A stretch of 64,000 nt of DNA from Ardenticatenales bacterium (GCA_020853525.1 JADYYS010000067.1:1319-65318); one strand, 5' to 3'. Positions 42,508-52,161 are shown, numbered from the stretch's first letter. Notes: a model not told the origin generated them from the letters alone. Made by a program: numbers and translations.

Positions 42508-43526
42508 CCGGCCCGCACGCACCGACGCTCCTGGCCGCGCTCGGCACCGACCTCGACGAGATCGAAGCGCTTCACGGTGCCGTTCATGCCAAGGCCGTCC
42601 GCGCGGCGACGCTGGGCGTCGGCGGCGCCCTCGCGATCGGCCTCGGCGCGTTCGCATTCCTCGCACCGTTGACGCGCTGGTGGCCCGTCGCGCCGGTGGC
42701 GGCGGTGATCGTCGGTGCCATCGGCTACGGCATCACGGTTTCGCCGGCGGCGAGCGCGTACAAGGCGGCGTTCAAGACGAAGGTCGTCGGGCGCCTCGTC
42801 GCGCTGCGCTACCCGGCGGCGCGCTACGCTCCGTTCGAGGGGATCGGCGAGGCGGACTTCCGCGCATCGCGGCTGTTCGAGCAAGGCATCGACCGCTACG
42901 CCTGCGAGGACCTCATCGAAGGAATGTTCGGCGCAACACACCTGCGGATCAGCGAGGTCCACGCCGAGTACAAGACGCAGACGACGAACAGCAAAGGCCA
43001 GACGACGACGCACTGGCACACGATCTTCCGCGGCTGGTTCGCCATCGCAGACTTCAACAAGCACTTCAACGGCGTGACGATCGTCCGGCCGGACAGCGCG
43101 GAGTCCATGCTCGGCGCGTTCGGCCAGCGGCTGCAGAGCCTCGGACGGGCGATGAGCGACGCCAAGCTCGTGGCGCTCGAGGACCCCGAGTTCGAGCAGG
43201 CGTTCGCCGTGTACGGCACGGACCAGGTCGAGGCGCGGTACCTCCTGTCGACGAGCCTCATGCGCCGCCTCCTCGACTACCGGAACCGCGTCGGCGGCAA
43301 AGTCCACGTCTCGTTCGTCGACAATCACGTCGTCCTGGCGATCCCGAGCGGCACGAACGCGTTCGAGCCGCCATCCATTTGGGCGGCCAAGGCGGAGGTA
43401 TCGGAAGGAGACGTCGCGGGCATCGTCGAGCAGATCGAGCTGGCCGAGGGGATCGTCGAGGCGCTGAACCTGAACACGCGGATCTGGACGAAGCCGCCGT
43501 CATCGGCGCCGACGACGTCGTCGTAG
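42504..43526 (+). CDS. Membrane-associated protein, DUF3137-like (frequent LemA neighbour)
   Basis: It begins with two TM helices followed by a large soluble domain. Its ATG overlaps the lemA stop (ATGA). Family assignment is from memory of the DUF3137 architecture next to LemA and was not verified. Confidence 0.55.
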   Translation: MTGPHAPTLLAALGTDLDEIEALHGAVHAKAVRAATLGVGGALAIGLGAFAFLAPLTRWWPVAPVAAVIVGAIGYGITVSPAASAYKAAFKTKVVGRLVALRYPAARYAPFEGIGEADFRASRLFEQGIDRYACEDLIEGMFGATHLRISEVHAEYKTQTTNSKGQTTTHWHTIFRGWFAIADFNKHFNGVTIVRPDSAESMLGAFGQRLQSLGRAMSDAKLVALEDPEFEQAFAVYGTDQVEARYLLSTSLMRRLLDYRNRVGGKVHVSFVDNHVVLAIPSGTNAFEPPSIWAAKAEVSEGDVAGIVEQIELAEGIVEALNLNTRIWTKPPSSAPTTSS

Positions 43527-43538
43527 GGGCGGACGGCA

Positions 43539-43916
43539 ATGCCGCTCGACGCCTTCTTCGCCAACCACGCACCGTCGCGCCCTCTCTTCGACACCGTCCG
43601 CGCGGCCGTCGAAGCCATCGGGCCGGCCGAGATTCGGGTGTCGAAGAGCCAGGTGGCGTTCCGGCGCCGCCGGGCGTTCGCCTGGGCGTGGCTCCCGGGC
43701 CGGTACCTGCACGGCCCGCACGCTCCGCTCGTGCTGTCGATCGCGCTCCGGCGACGCGACCCATCGCCGCGCTGGAAGCAGGTCGTGGAGCCGACGCCGG
43801 GGTGGTTCATGCACCACCTCGAACTCCGCGAGGCCGCGGACGTCGACGACGAGGTGCGCGGGTGGCTGGAGGAGGCGTGGCAGTCGGCGGCCGGATTCAG
43901 CCGGGCGTCGCGATGA
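43539..43916 (+). CDS. Small hypothetical protein (possibly DUF5655-like)
   Basis: This is a 125-aa ORF with codon usage typical of the region. The weak family assignment is from memory. Confidence 0.4.
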   Translation: MPLDAFFANHAPSRPLFDTVRAAVEAIGPAEIRVSKSQVAFRRRRAFAWAWLPGRYLHGPHAPLVLSIALRRRDPSPRWKQVVEPTPGWFMHHLELREAADVDDEVRGWLEEAWQSAAGFSRASR

Positions 43917-44187
43917 TCTCGCCGTCGTGCCACTCCGGGTCGCTGGCCAGCAGCTCGCGCATCTTCAGGAAGCGCTCGTGCTGGTCGGGGTTGTCGGCAT
44001 TCGCGTGGTACGCCTCGCGGCTCTCGAAGATCACGGCCATGAAGTACGTGTTCGGTTCGTTGTCCATGCGATAGAGGTACGCACCGACATACCCGGGCAC
44101 GGTCGTGGCGGCGTACGCCTCCGACAGGGCCATGAGCTGCGGCTCGGCGCCGGGGCGGATCTGCATGCGGGCGACGGTTCCGTACAT
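43897..44187 (-). CDS. ABM (antibiotic biosynthesis monooxygenase)-like small protein
   Basis: The protein reads MYGTVARMQIRPGAEPQLMALSEAY..FMAVIFESREAYHANADNPDQHERFLKMRELL, typical of the ferredoxin-like ABM/Dabb fold. The start is chosen at M30 of the track ORF. Confidence 0.55.
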   Translation of the reverse strand: MYGTVARMQIRPGAEPQLMALSEAYAATTVPGYVGAYLYRMDNEPNTYFMAVIFESREAYHANADNPDQHERFLKMRELLASDPEWHDGEIIATPG

Positions 44188-44402
44188 CGTCTGCGCTCCT
44201 GGGTCGTGTCGGTCGCTTCCGAGCGGCGCAAGTTGTGGCGGCCGAACGTGAGGGTGTAAGCATATCGGACTCACACGGGGCGTTCAATCGCCCCCTCTCC
44301 GGACGTCCGATTGCCCGACGCGACGGTCGATGATACCGTGACGTGTGCGCAGCGGAGCCGCGCCGCGCCGCCCAATGGAGCAGGAGCGTGACGCCGCCGC
44401 GC

Positions 44403-44972
44403 ATGCCCAAGACGATCGCGTTTCTGCGTGCAATCAACGTCGGCGGCCACAACGTCAAGATGGAGCAGCTGCGGGCGCTGTTCGAACAGCTCGGCTTCGA
44501 CGCCGTCGAGACGTTCATCGCCAGCGGGAACGTCGTCTTCGAGACGGACGCGGCGCCCGATGCGGGCCTCGAAGCCGACATCGAGGCTCACCTGAAGGCG
44601 GCGCTCGGCTACGAGGTGGCGACGTTCCTGCGCACGGACGCCGAGGTCGCGGCCGTCGCGGCGTACGAGCCGCTGCCGGCGGTCGCGATGGCCGGCGTCG
44701 CCGCGTTCAACGTCGGCTTCCTGACGTCGCCGCTGACGGCCGACGAGAAGGCGGTTCTCGCCGGATTCAACAACGACATCGACGACTTCCACAGCCACGG
44801 CCGCGAGGTCTACTGGCTGTGCCGCACGAAGCAGAGCGACTCGAAGTTCAACAACAACGCCTTCGAGCGCGCGCTGCGGCGCCGGGCGACGTTCCGCGGG
44901 CGGAATACGGTGCTGCGGCTGGCGGCGAAGTACCCGCCTTCGAGCGCGGTCACAGCCTCCGGCAGCCCGTGA
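44403..44972 (+). CDS. DUF1697 family protein
   Basis: The N-terminus MPKTIAFLRAINVGGHNVKMEQLRALFEQLGF matches the conserved DUF1697 start. Confidence 0.8.
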   Translation: MPKTIAFLRAINVGGHNVKMEQLRALFEQLGFDAVETFIASGNVVFETDAAPDAGLEADIEAHLKAALGYEVATFLRTDAEVAAVAAYEPLPAVAMAGVAAFNVGFLTSPLTADEKAVLAGFNNDIDDFHSHGREVYWLCRTKQSDSKFNNNAFERALRRRATFRGRNTVLRLAAKYPPSSAVTASGSP

Positions 44973-45168
44973 CCCGTCGGCGCCCTCGACCGACGCCCGA
45001 TGTCCGATCGCCCGCGCAGGACGATGCATCCGATCGCCCGCGGCCCGGGACAATGTCCCACGCACGTCGTGACACCGGCCCCATGACGAGCGGACCCGCG
45101 CCGGTTACGCTGTCGTCCTCACCGTTTCCGCAGCGCACCGTCGCTGCTGCGTCAAGGAGTGGTCCACG

Positions 45169-45540
45169 ATGAAACGCCCCAGAAACCACACGATCGCCGC
45201 CGTGATCCAGTTCGCCGCCAGCGTTTTCAGTGTCGTCACCGGCGCGCAGGCGCTGATGCCGGGCTCGTCGATCGCCGAGGTGATCCCGTTCCCGGTGCTC
45301 CTCCTCGGCTTTGCCCTCGGCGCGATCGGCCTCGTCTCGGCCTATGGCATCTGGCAGAACCAGCGCTGGGGCGTCATCCTGACGATCTTCATCCGCGCGC
45401 TGGACGGGCTGTCGGCCGCGCCGGGCATCCTCTTCGCCCCCAACCCGATGCTGAAGACGATGGCCAGCCTGGGCGTCGTCATCTCGATCGCCGTCATCGC
45501 CCTGCTCCTCTGGCCGAAGCCGCGGCCGGTGACGGCCTAG
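45169..45540 (+). CDS. Small integral membrane protein (4 predicted TM segments)
   Basis: An AGGAG Shine-Dalgarno-like motif sits upstream of the ATG. The protein contains hydrophobic helices. Confidence 0.5.
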   Translation: MKRPRNHTIAAVIQFAASVFSVVTGAQALMPGSSIAEVIPFPVLLLGFALGAIGLVSAYGIWQNQRWGVILTIFIRALDGLSAAPGILFAPNPMLKTMASLGVVISIAVIALLLWPKPRPVTA

Positions 45541-45573
45541 CTTCGATCGAGCGCCGACGACCGCGATCCGACC

Positions 45574-46809
45574 GTGCGCCGCAGCCCGTCCGCCGACGCC
45601 TGGCTGAGCGGCCTGCTGCTCTACTTCCTCCTGGGGAACTACGTCTTCGTCGTCTACGTCGTCGTCCTGGCGCTCGGCGGGATCGACAACGACACCAGCC
45701 AGGTGCCGTGGTGGCTGAACGCGATCAGCCTGCCGATCGTCATCCTGACCGTGCGTCCGCTCCGCGGCTGGCTGCGCAAGGGCATCCACAGCGTCGTCTA
45801 CGGCCAGCACGACGACCCGTACGCCGTCCTGGCCGAGGTCCACGACCGCGTCGACGCCGACCCGGCCCCGGCGGCGATGGTGCCGGCGATCGCCGCGGCG
45901 ATCGCCCAGAGCCTCAAGCTGCCGTACGTGGCGATCGAAACGAACCTCGGCGCGGCGCCGCTGACGGCGGTCAGCGGCGCCCCCGTCGACGGCGCCGACA
46001 CGACGACGATCCCGCTGGCCTACCATGACACGACCGTCGGCGCGCTGCTCGTCTCGGCGCGCCGGCCGGGCGAGCCGTTGTCCGCGGCGGACACGAGGCT
46101 GCTGCACGATCTCGCCCGCCAGGTCGGGATCACGCTGCACGCCGCGCAGCTGACGGATGCGCTGCAGGCGTCCCGCCGCCAGATCGTCACGGCCCGCGAA
46201 GAGGAGCGTCGGCGGATCCGGCGCGATCTGCACGACGGTCTCGGCCCGACGCTGGCGTCGCTGCGGATGCAGCTGAGCGCGCTCCGCGCGGTGCTCGACG
46301 ACGACCCGGCCGCCCAAGCGCTCATCGACAGCCTGCGCGACGACGTGCGCGCCGCCACGGCCGACATCCGCCGCCTGGTGTACGACCTCCGGCCGCCGAT
46401 GCTCGACGAGTTTGGACTGGCGGGCGCGCTGCGCAACCTGGGCGCGTCCGACCCGCACGCCGCCGCGGAACGAACCGTCGACGTGCCGGAGGCGATGCCG
46501 CCGCTGCCGGCCGCCGTCGAGGTCGCGCTCTACCGCATCGCCGCCGAAGCGCTGCACAATGTCGACCGCCACGCGCACGCACGGACGTGCGTGGTCCGGC
46601 TCGACGCGTCGCCGACGGCGCTGACGCTGACGATCGCCGATGACGGCGTCGGGATCGGCGACGGCTGCCGGCCGGGCGTCGGCTTCGCCTCGATGCGCGA
46701 GCGGGCGGCCGAGCTGGGCGGAACGCTCACCCGAACGTCTTTGCAGGGTGCCGGCACCGTCGTCACGGCCACGATTCCGCTGGAAGGAAGGTTGGCAGGA
46801 CCGGCATGA
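45574..46809 (+). CDS. Sensor histidine kinase, NarL/LuxR-type (HisKA_3 + HATPase), membrane-anchored
   Basis: N-terminal TM segments are present. The H-box reads EERRRIRRDLHDGLGPTLASLRMQL. The ATP-binding G-boxes DDGVGIG and GVGFASMRERAAELGGTL are present. It has a GTG start. Confidence 0.85.
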   Translation: MRRSPSADAWLSGLLLYFLLGNYVFVVYVVVLALGGIDNDTSQVPWWLNAISLPIVILTVRPLRGWLRKGIHSVVYGQHDDPYAVLAEVHDRVDADPAPAAMVPAIAAAIAQSLKLPYVAIETNLGAAPLTAVSGAPVDGADTTTIPLAYHDTTVGALLVSARRPGEPLSAADTRLLHDLARQVGITLHAAQLTDALQASRRQIVTAREEERRRIRRDLHDGLGPTLASLRMQLSALRAVLDDDPAAQALIDSLRDDVRAATADIRRLVYDLRPPMLDEFGLAGALRNLGASDPHAAAERTVDVPEAMPPLPAAVEVALYRIAAEALHNVDRHAHARTCVVRLDASPTALTLTIADDGVGIGDGCRPGVGFASMRERAAELGGTLTRTSLQGAGTVVTATIPLEGRLAGPA

Positions 46810-47456
46810 CGACCCTCGAACCGCTCCGACTGCTCATCGTCGACGACCATCCGCTGTTTCGCAAGGGGCTGCGAGCGCTCCTGGCCACCGTACCGGGCGT
46901 GGCGGTCGTCGGCGAGGCGGCGGGCGGCGACGAGGGCGTGCAGCTGGTGGGCGAGCTCGGGCCGCACGTCGTGCTGATGGACCTCCAGATGCCCGAGGGC
47001 GATGGTCTCTCGGCCATGCGCCGGATCACGGCCGCCCACCCGGACGTCCGCGTTCTCGTCGTCACGATGTTCGAGGACGACGATTCCGTCTTCGCCGCAC
47101 TGCGGGCCGGCGCACGCGGCTACGTCCTCAAGGACATGGATGACGCCGAGATGACCCGCGCGATCCTGGCGGTCGGCCACGGCGAGGCGATCTTCAGCCC
47201 GGCGATCGCCGAGCGGATGATCACGTTCTTCGGCACGCCGCCCGCGACGCCCTCGCCAACCTTCCCCGAGCTGACGGACAGCGAGCGGAACGTCCTGCGG
47301 CTCATGGCGCGCGGCCTGAAGAACGACGCGATCGCCGTCCAACTGTCGCTGAGCCCGAAGACGGTGCGCAACTACATCAGCAGCATCTTCAGCAAGCTGC
47401 AGGTGGACGATCGCGGGCAGGCGATCGTGCGGGCGCGGGATGCGCGGTTGGACTGA
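46806..47456 (+). CDS. Response regulator, NarL/LuxR family (REC + HTH)
   Basis: The receiver reads LRLLIVDDHPLFRKGLRALL. The LuxR HTH reads LTDSERNVLRLMARGLKNDAIAVQLSLSPKTVRNYISSIFSKL. The ATG overlaps the kinase stop (ATGA). Confidence 0.9.
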   Translation: MTTLEPLRLLIVDDHPLFRKGLRALLATVPGVAVVGEAAGGDEGVQLVGELGPHVVLMDLQMPEGDGLSAMRRITAAHPDVRVLVVTMFEDDDSVFAALRAGARGYVLKDMDDAEMTRAILAVGHGEAIFSPAIAERMITFFGTPPATPSPTFPELTDSERNVLRLMARGLKNDAIAVQLSLSPKTVRNYISSIFSKLQVDDRGQAIVRARDARLD

Positions 47457-47529
47457 TTGTGGTTTATCCTTCCGGCACGGCCGCCGCGCTCGAAGGCGCG
47501 CGATCCAAAGCGACAGCGCCTCACCGGGG

Positions 47530-49260
47530 ATGGATGACGTGACGGTTCCGAACATGCGACGCTGGCTCGGTTGGACGATGCTCGGGGCGGCGACGACCGT
47601 CGCGATCGGTTGGCGCGCGGTGCTGGCCGCGCCGGATGACGGCAGCGCCACGGACATCACGACCGCCGCCGATTTCGGCGCGCCCGCGTCCGCGCCCTCG
47701 GCCGCGATGTGCCTCGCCGGTCCCGGCGCGGCCGGCCATGTGCCCATGCTGCGCGGGTTCACGCATGCCCAGCAGGCCGGCGCGTACCGCGATGCGGTTG
47801 CGCTCGACGCGATCGCCCGCGGCGCTTCGGCGAGCGCCGACGACGCCGGTCCGGGACTGGTCTTCTTGCCGCTCGCGCTCCGCCTGTCCGTCGGCTTCGC
47901 CACGCTGCCGACCGCCGTCCCGCCGTCGCCCGCCCCGCCGTCGCCCGTGCCCGCGACGGCCGCACCGACATCGCCGCCCGAGCCGACGGACGCGCCCGCG
48001 CCGCCCACCGCCGTCCCGCCGCCCGCCGCGTCCCCGACGACGCCCTCCGCCCTCACGTACTGGCGCGATATCCGCCCGATCCTGAACGCCGAGTGCGCCA
48101 CGTGCCACGTGGCGGGCGGCATCGGGCCGTTTGCGCTCGAGGCGTACGCCGACGCAGCGGCGCACGCGGCCGAGATGGCCTATGTCATCGAGCGGAAGAT
48201 CATGCCGCCCCTGCCCGCCGTCCCGGACGGCGAGACGCCGCTGGACGACCCGCGCGTGATGGCGGCGGGCGACCGCGCCAAGGTGCTCGAGTGGCTGGCG
48301 GCCGGCCTGCCCGAGGGCGACCCGTCGACGGCGCCGCCCGATGCGCCCAAGCCGGACGACTACGGCCCGCCCGACATCACGCTGGACATCGGCGCCAACT
48401 ACACCACGAAGGCAGGCAAGCTGGACGATTACCGCTGCTTCGTCATCGATCCCGGCTTCCGCCGGGACACCGAGGTCCGGATGGTGGACGTGATGCCGAC
48501 GAACAGCCGGATCTACCACCACGGCATCCTCTACCTGGCCCTGGCCGGCGACGCCGCCAAGCTCAAGCAGCTCGAGGCCGAGGACCGCGAGCCGGGCTAC
48601 GAGTGCTTCGGCGGACCCGGCGCCGGCACGGGCGAGTGGGTCGTCGGCGAAGCGGTAGGGCGTTTGACGCGGCCGTACCCGGACGGGACGGCCAAGGTGA
48701 TCCCGGCCGGCGCCAAGTTCGTCCTCCAGCTCCACTACAACACGCTGAACGGCCACGGGAGCGATCGGACGAAAGTCCTGCTCTGGACGGCGCCCCGCCC
48801 GGTGAACCGCGCGCCGGTCGACGTTCGACTCGTGAACTTCCTGTTCAACCTCCCGCCCGGCAACCCGAAGGTCAGCGTCACCGCCGAGGCGAACGTCGTG
48901 GCCGGCGGCCAGGACGGCGGCTTGCTGCGCATCACGGCGCCCGAGGGCAAGCTCTGGCAGGTCTGGGGCCACATGCACATGCTCGGCAGCGCGTTCACGC
49001 TCGACCTCATCCAGCCGAACGGCACGAAGCGCCGCCTGCTGGACATCCCGGACTGGGCGTTCAACTGGCAGGGCGTCTACGACCTCGTCACACCCATCGA
49101 CCTGAAGGCCGGCGACCGCATCCTCATGACGTGCACCTGGGACAACTCCCAGGCGAACCAGCCGTACGTGGACGGCAAGCAGCAGGCACCGCGGGTGGTG
49201 CGGTGGGGGGAGGGGACGTTGGATGAGATGTGTCTGGGGGGGGTGACGGTGACGCGGTAG
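47530..49260 (+). CDS. Secreted fusion protein with a PSCyt-like mono-heme cytochrome c domain (CXXCH) and a copper type II ascorbate-dependent monooxygenase-like domain
   Basis: A signal peptide is present. The cytochrome segment reads WRDIRPILNAECATCHVAGGIGPFAL and carries a CXXCH motif. The copper-site-like motifs are IYHHGILY (HH), GHMHMLG (HxH) and downstream Met residues. The start is ambiguous (47530 or 47554). Confidence 0.55.
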   Translation: MDDVTVPNMRRWLGWTMLGAATTVAIGWRAVLAAPDDGSATDITTAADFGAPASAPSAAMCLAGPGAAGHVPMLRGFTHAQQAGAYRDAVALDAIARGASASADDAGPGLVFLPLALRLSVGFATLPTAVPPSPAPPSPVPATAAPTSPPEPTDAPAPPTAVPPPAASPTTPSALTYWRDIRPILNAECATCHVAGGIGPFALEAYADAAAHAAEMAYVIERKIMPPLPAVPDGETPLDDPRVMAAGDRAKVLEWLAAGLPEGDPSTAPPDAPKPDDYGPPDITLDIGANYTTKAGKLDDYRCFVIDPGFRRDTEVRMVDVMPTNSRIYHHGILYLALAGDAAKLKQLEAEDREPGYECFGGPGAGTGEWVVGEAVGRLTRPYPDGTAKVIPAGAKFVLQLHYNTLNGHGSDRTKVLLWTAPRPVNRAPVDVRLVNFLFNLPPGNPKVSVTAEANVVAGGQDGGLLRITAPEGKLWQVWGHMHMLGSAFTLDLIQPNGTKRRLLDIPDWAFNWQGVYDLVTPIDLKAGDRILMTCTWDNSQANQPYVDGKQQAPRVVRWGEGTLDEMCLGGVTVTR

Positions 49261-49293
49261 GGGGCAGCAGCGGGTCCCCCCGACAACTTTCAC

Positions 49294-49650
49294 TTACCGC
49301 ACTGGGCGTCCGAAGCGGACCCGCCCCTCAGCCACTACGACGAACTGTTCCGCCAAGCGTTCTGAATGGTCGTGCAGCAAGGATCGAAGCGTCGCGATCT
49401 TGACGTCCACCCGCTCGTCGCCCAATCGGAGCAGGACGACGCCGTGATGCGGAACCCGTTCGCGATAGATCTTCTCACCGAAGTCCTTGTCGTTTGTAAT
49501 CAGGATGCGACGCTCATCGAACGCACGCCGAATCACGTCATCGTCAATGAGACCGCGTGCATCGTCGAAGACCGAGTACGCGTCGTGGCCTTGCTCGCGT
49601 AGCCATCGGGCCACCACCGGTCCCGTGCTTTCATCGACCATGAAGCGCAC
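49294..49650 (-). CDS. DUF5615 (PIN-like) putative toxin of a DUF433/DUF5615 pair
   Basis: The protein reads MRFMVDESTGPVVARWLREQGHDAYSVFDD..ILITNDKDFGE. It sits immediately downstream of the DUF433 gene with an abutting stop/start. Confidence 0.7.
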   Translation of the reverse strand: MRFMVDESTGPVVARWLREQGHDAYSVFDDARGLIDDDVIRRAFDERRILITNDKDFGEKIYRERVPHHGVVLLRLGDERVDVKIATLRSLLHDHSERLAEQFVVVAEGRVRFGRPVR

Positions 49651-49899
49651 CTAGGCCGTCTCCGTCACGAGGGGCATGTAGGTGGTGTCCTCCAGCGCGT
49701 GCGACGCGAAGAGTAGGCACGCCCGCACGTCATCCGTGGTGATGCCGTCGTATTCGGCAAGTATGTCCGCCACCGACGATCCGTGTGCCAGTCGTTTGAG
49801 GATGTACTCCACGGCCAGCCGTGTTCCTCGAATGACCGGCTTACCTGCCAGGACGCGGGGGTCAACCGATATCCGCTCCGCCAACTCCCGATCTTCCAT
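49651..49899 (-). CDS. DUF433 domain protein (putative antitoxin partner)
   Basis: The protein reads RISVDPRVLAGKPVIRGTRLAVEYILKRLAHGSSVADILAEY..ITTDDVRACLLFA. Confidence 0.75.
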   Translation of the reverse strand: MEDRELAERISVDPRVLAGKPVIRGTRLAVEYILKRLAHGSSVADILAEYDGITTDDVRACLLFASHALEDTTYMPLVTETA

Positions 49900-50106
49900 A
49901 GTCGTCTCCTTCGCCAGCCAAGCGGATCATTCGCGTACGGACAGCAATGATAGGCCCGGCGCGCCAGGACGATCGATCGGCAGAGGGCCAATGTCCACTC
50001 GCACCCGGCCGCGTGTTCTATCTCGACACGCGAGTGCCCCCGGGCGATGATCCCAGGATCGTCGCTCGGCCCGCCTAGCCTCGCGCCTCACGCCGAGGCC
50101 ACGCCC

Positions 50107-51222
50107 ATGCCCCGCCGAACCGCCGTCGTCGCCGTCGCCATTGCCGCCGTCCTCATCGCTATCGCCTTGGCCCCGCCACGCCCTGCCGCCCCCGCGCAGG
50201 CCGCCGGGCGCGCGACGTCGACCGGCCCTGCGCCGACGCCGCGCGGCACGGACGTGACACCGCCGTGCGTCGTCACCGGCACCCGGCGCGTCGAGCCGAC
50301 GATGGTGCTGCTGGGCGAGGCGGTGGACGTAACGATGACGGTGCAGGCGACTTGCTTTGGCCCGATCTACCCGCTGCACCTTGTGTTGGTGATCGAGGGT
50401 TCTGCTGCGATGGCTGGCAAGTTGGGTCGCGACGTGAAGGAGGGGGCCGCTGAAGTGGTCGAGCGTTTGAACCTGCCGAACAATCCAGCCACCCGTGTGG
50501 CCGTCGTCGGCTTCGACGACCGCGTTCGGGTGAAGTGTCCGGTCTCGAACGACCCCGATCGCGTGAAACACTGCATCGGTCGGGTCGGCGATCGCGGCAA
50601 TGCGCGACTGGAATCGGGTCTCACAGAGGCCCGGCGGCAACTTCGAGCTGCGCGCCGCGATTACAGGAGTCCGGACTCGATCCGCGAAGTCGCCGTCGTG
50701 TTCGCCGCCCACCCGACCGGCGGTTGCACGCGACCGGTGCGCGAGGCTGATGGGCTCAAAGGGGGCGGGATCCTTCTCGTCACCTTGTGTATAGGTGAGG
50801 ACTGCGATGCACAGTGCCTGCGGGCCGTCGCCACGTCATCCCGCTACCACTTCGACTGGCGGCAGCGCATACAGTTGGCGAACATCTTCGACACGATTCG
50901 CAGAATGTACCAATACATCCTGCTGAAATCGTTGACGATCACCGACCAGCTCCCAACCGCCCTGCAGATCGTGACCGACACCGCCCAGCCCGCGCCGAAC
51001 GACATCGACGTCGCGAACGGCCGCATCGGTTGGACCCAGACGCACATCCCGCGCGAAGGCGTTACCGTGACGTATCGCGCCCGTGCGGTCGCACCAGGCA
51101 GCCAGCCGTCCACGTTGGGTGCGACGGCCACTTTCATCGACGGCGGCAACCACACCGGGTCGATCGGCTTCCCATCATCGCCGATCACCGTACTTGCGTT
51201 CGAACCCGACCAGCCTCGCTGA
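50107..51222 (+). CDS. Secreted von Willebrand factor A (vWA) domain protein with a C-terminal DUF11-like beta-domain
   Basis: A signal peptide is present (MPRRTAVVAVAIAAVLIAIALA). The vWA core reads HLVLVIEGSAAMAG..RVAVVGFDDRV. The C-terminal DUF11-like segment reads LTITDQLPTALQIVTD..GRIGWT..VTVTYRARAVAPG. Confidence 0.7.
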   Translation: MPRRTAVVAVAIAAVLIAIALAPPRPAAPAQAAGRATSTGPAPTPRGTDVTPPCVVTGTRRVEPTMVLLGEAVDVTMTVQATCFGPIYPLHLVLVIEGSAAMAGKLGRDVKEGAAEVVERLNLPNNPATRVAVVGFDDRVRVKCPVSNDPDRVKHCIGRVGDRGNARLESGLTEARRQLRAARRDYRSPDSIREVAVVFAAHPTGGCTRPVREADGLKGGGILLVTLCIGEDCDAQCLRAVATSSRYHFDWRQRIQLANIFDTIRRMYQYILLKSLTITDQLPTALQIVTDTAQPAPNDIDVANGRIGWTQTHIPREGVTVTYRARAVAPGSQPSTLGATATFIDGGNHTGSIGFPSSPITVLAFEPDQPR

Positions 51223-51271
51223 TGCGGGGAGACAGTGATACTCGGCCGCCAGCTGACGGTCGTCGCAAGCG

Positions 51272-51704
51272 CTATTCAGGCGCCGGCAACAACTCAAACG
51301 CCCCCCGATGCCGCGGCCGGACGACCCCGAAGTGCCGGTGATCCAACGTCAGGATCGTGCCGATGTTCAGGCGCTCGGCGACGGCGACGATGACGGCATC
51401 GACGAAGTCGAGGCCGCTGTCGCCGTACTTGGTCATGATCTCGGCGGTTCGGCGATAGTCCGCCAAGTTGGGCTCGAGGAGGGCGAATGACGTGCTGCCT
51501 TGGCCGGCAAGGTCGACGAAGACTGTAGCCGCACTGCGACCGATTCGACCGGACAGCACAAAGCAGATCTCGGCCAGCGCCGATGATGGCAACCAGGGCG
51601 TCGTGCGCAACGTGCGGGCCGTCCGCGCGACGAGCGCATGATCGGGATCCCTCGGGTTGACCAGGCTCACGATGAAGCTCGTATCAGCGATGCTCGTTGT
51701 CACG
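51272..51704 (-). CDS. vapC: VapC-type PIN-domain toxin
   Basis: The PIN domain reads IADTSFIVSLVNPRDPDH..GLDFVDAVIVAVAERLNIGTILTLDHRHF. A GTG start at 51704 overlaps the vapB stop, and GAGAGGA lies upstream. Confidence 0.7.
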
Positions 51705-51956
51705 CCGGATCCTCTCGTGCTTCGCGAGAACGATCTCTCCGAAGATCTCCTCTGCTTCCCTCCCAAGCGGCGCGGCAGGCCCGTCGAAGATCCCGATCAA
51801 CGCTTCCATCGGCGACCCCTCCGTCTCGCCCGACTCCGCCACGTACGTCCCCACCGCCTCCCGGATGAGCAGCGACGTCGTCGTCCCTCGGCGCCGTGCA
51901 AGCTCCTGCAGGCGCGCGTACATCTCCTCGTCGAACATGACCGTAGTGCGTTTCAT
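51684..51956 (-). CDS. vapB: Ribbon-helix-helix (CopG/VapB-like) antitoxin
   Basis: The protein reads MKRTTVMFDEEMYARLQELARRRGTTTSLLIREAVGTYV. The track ORF 51684..52406 is over-extended at the 5' end. Confidence 0.7.
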   Translation of the reverse strand: MKRTTVMFDEEMYARLQELARRRGTTTSLLIREAVGTYVAESGETEGSPMEALIGIFDGPAAPLGREAEEIFGEIVLAKHERIRRDNEHR

Positions 51957-52161
51957 CGTGTCCTCCTCGTCGATCGTGTGGATATGCTGCCATATATGGC
52001 GCTGGCGGAGAAGCTGGCACGTCACCTCCCAATCGCCGCCCGCTTCGCCGCCCGCTTCGCCGCCCGCACCGCTCAACGCACGCCCGGCGCGCGTATCATC
52101 GTTGACCGACGAGCCACGGCACCGCCGTCGAGCGGCCACCCGACCCAACCCGGAGCTCGCC

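Noticed and set aside
40999-42666. 555-aa minus-strand ORF spanning rplT/LemA
   Set aside because: It is antisense to two well-supported plus-strand genes and to a terminator, and has an Arg-rich composition.
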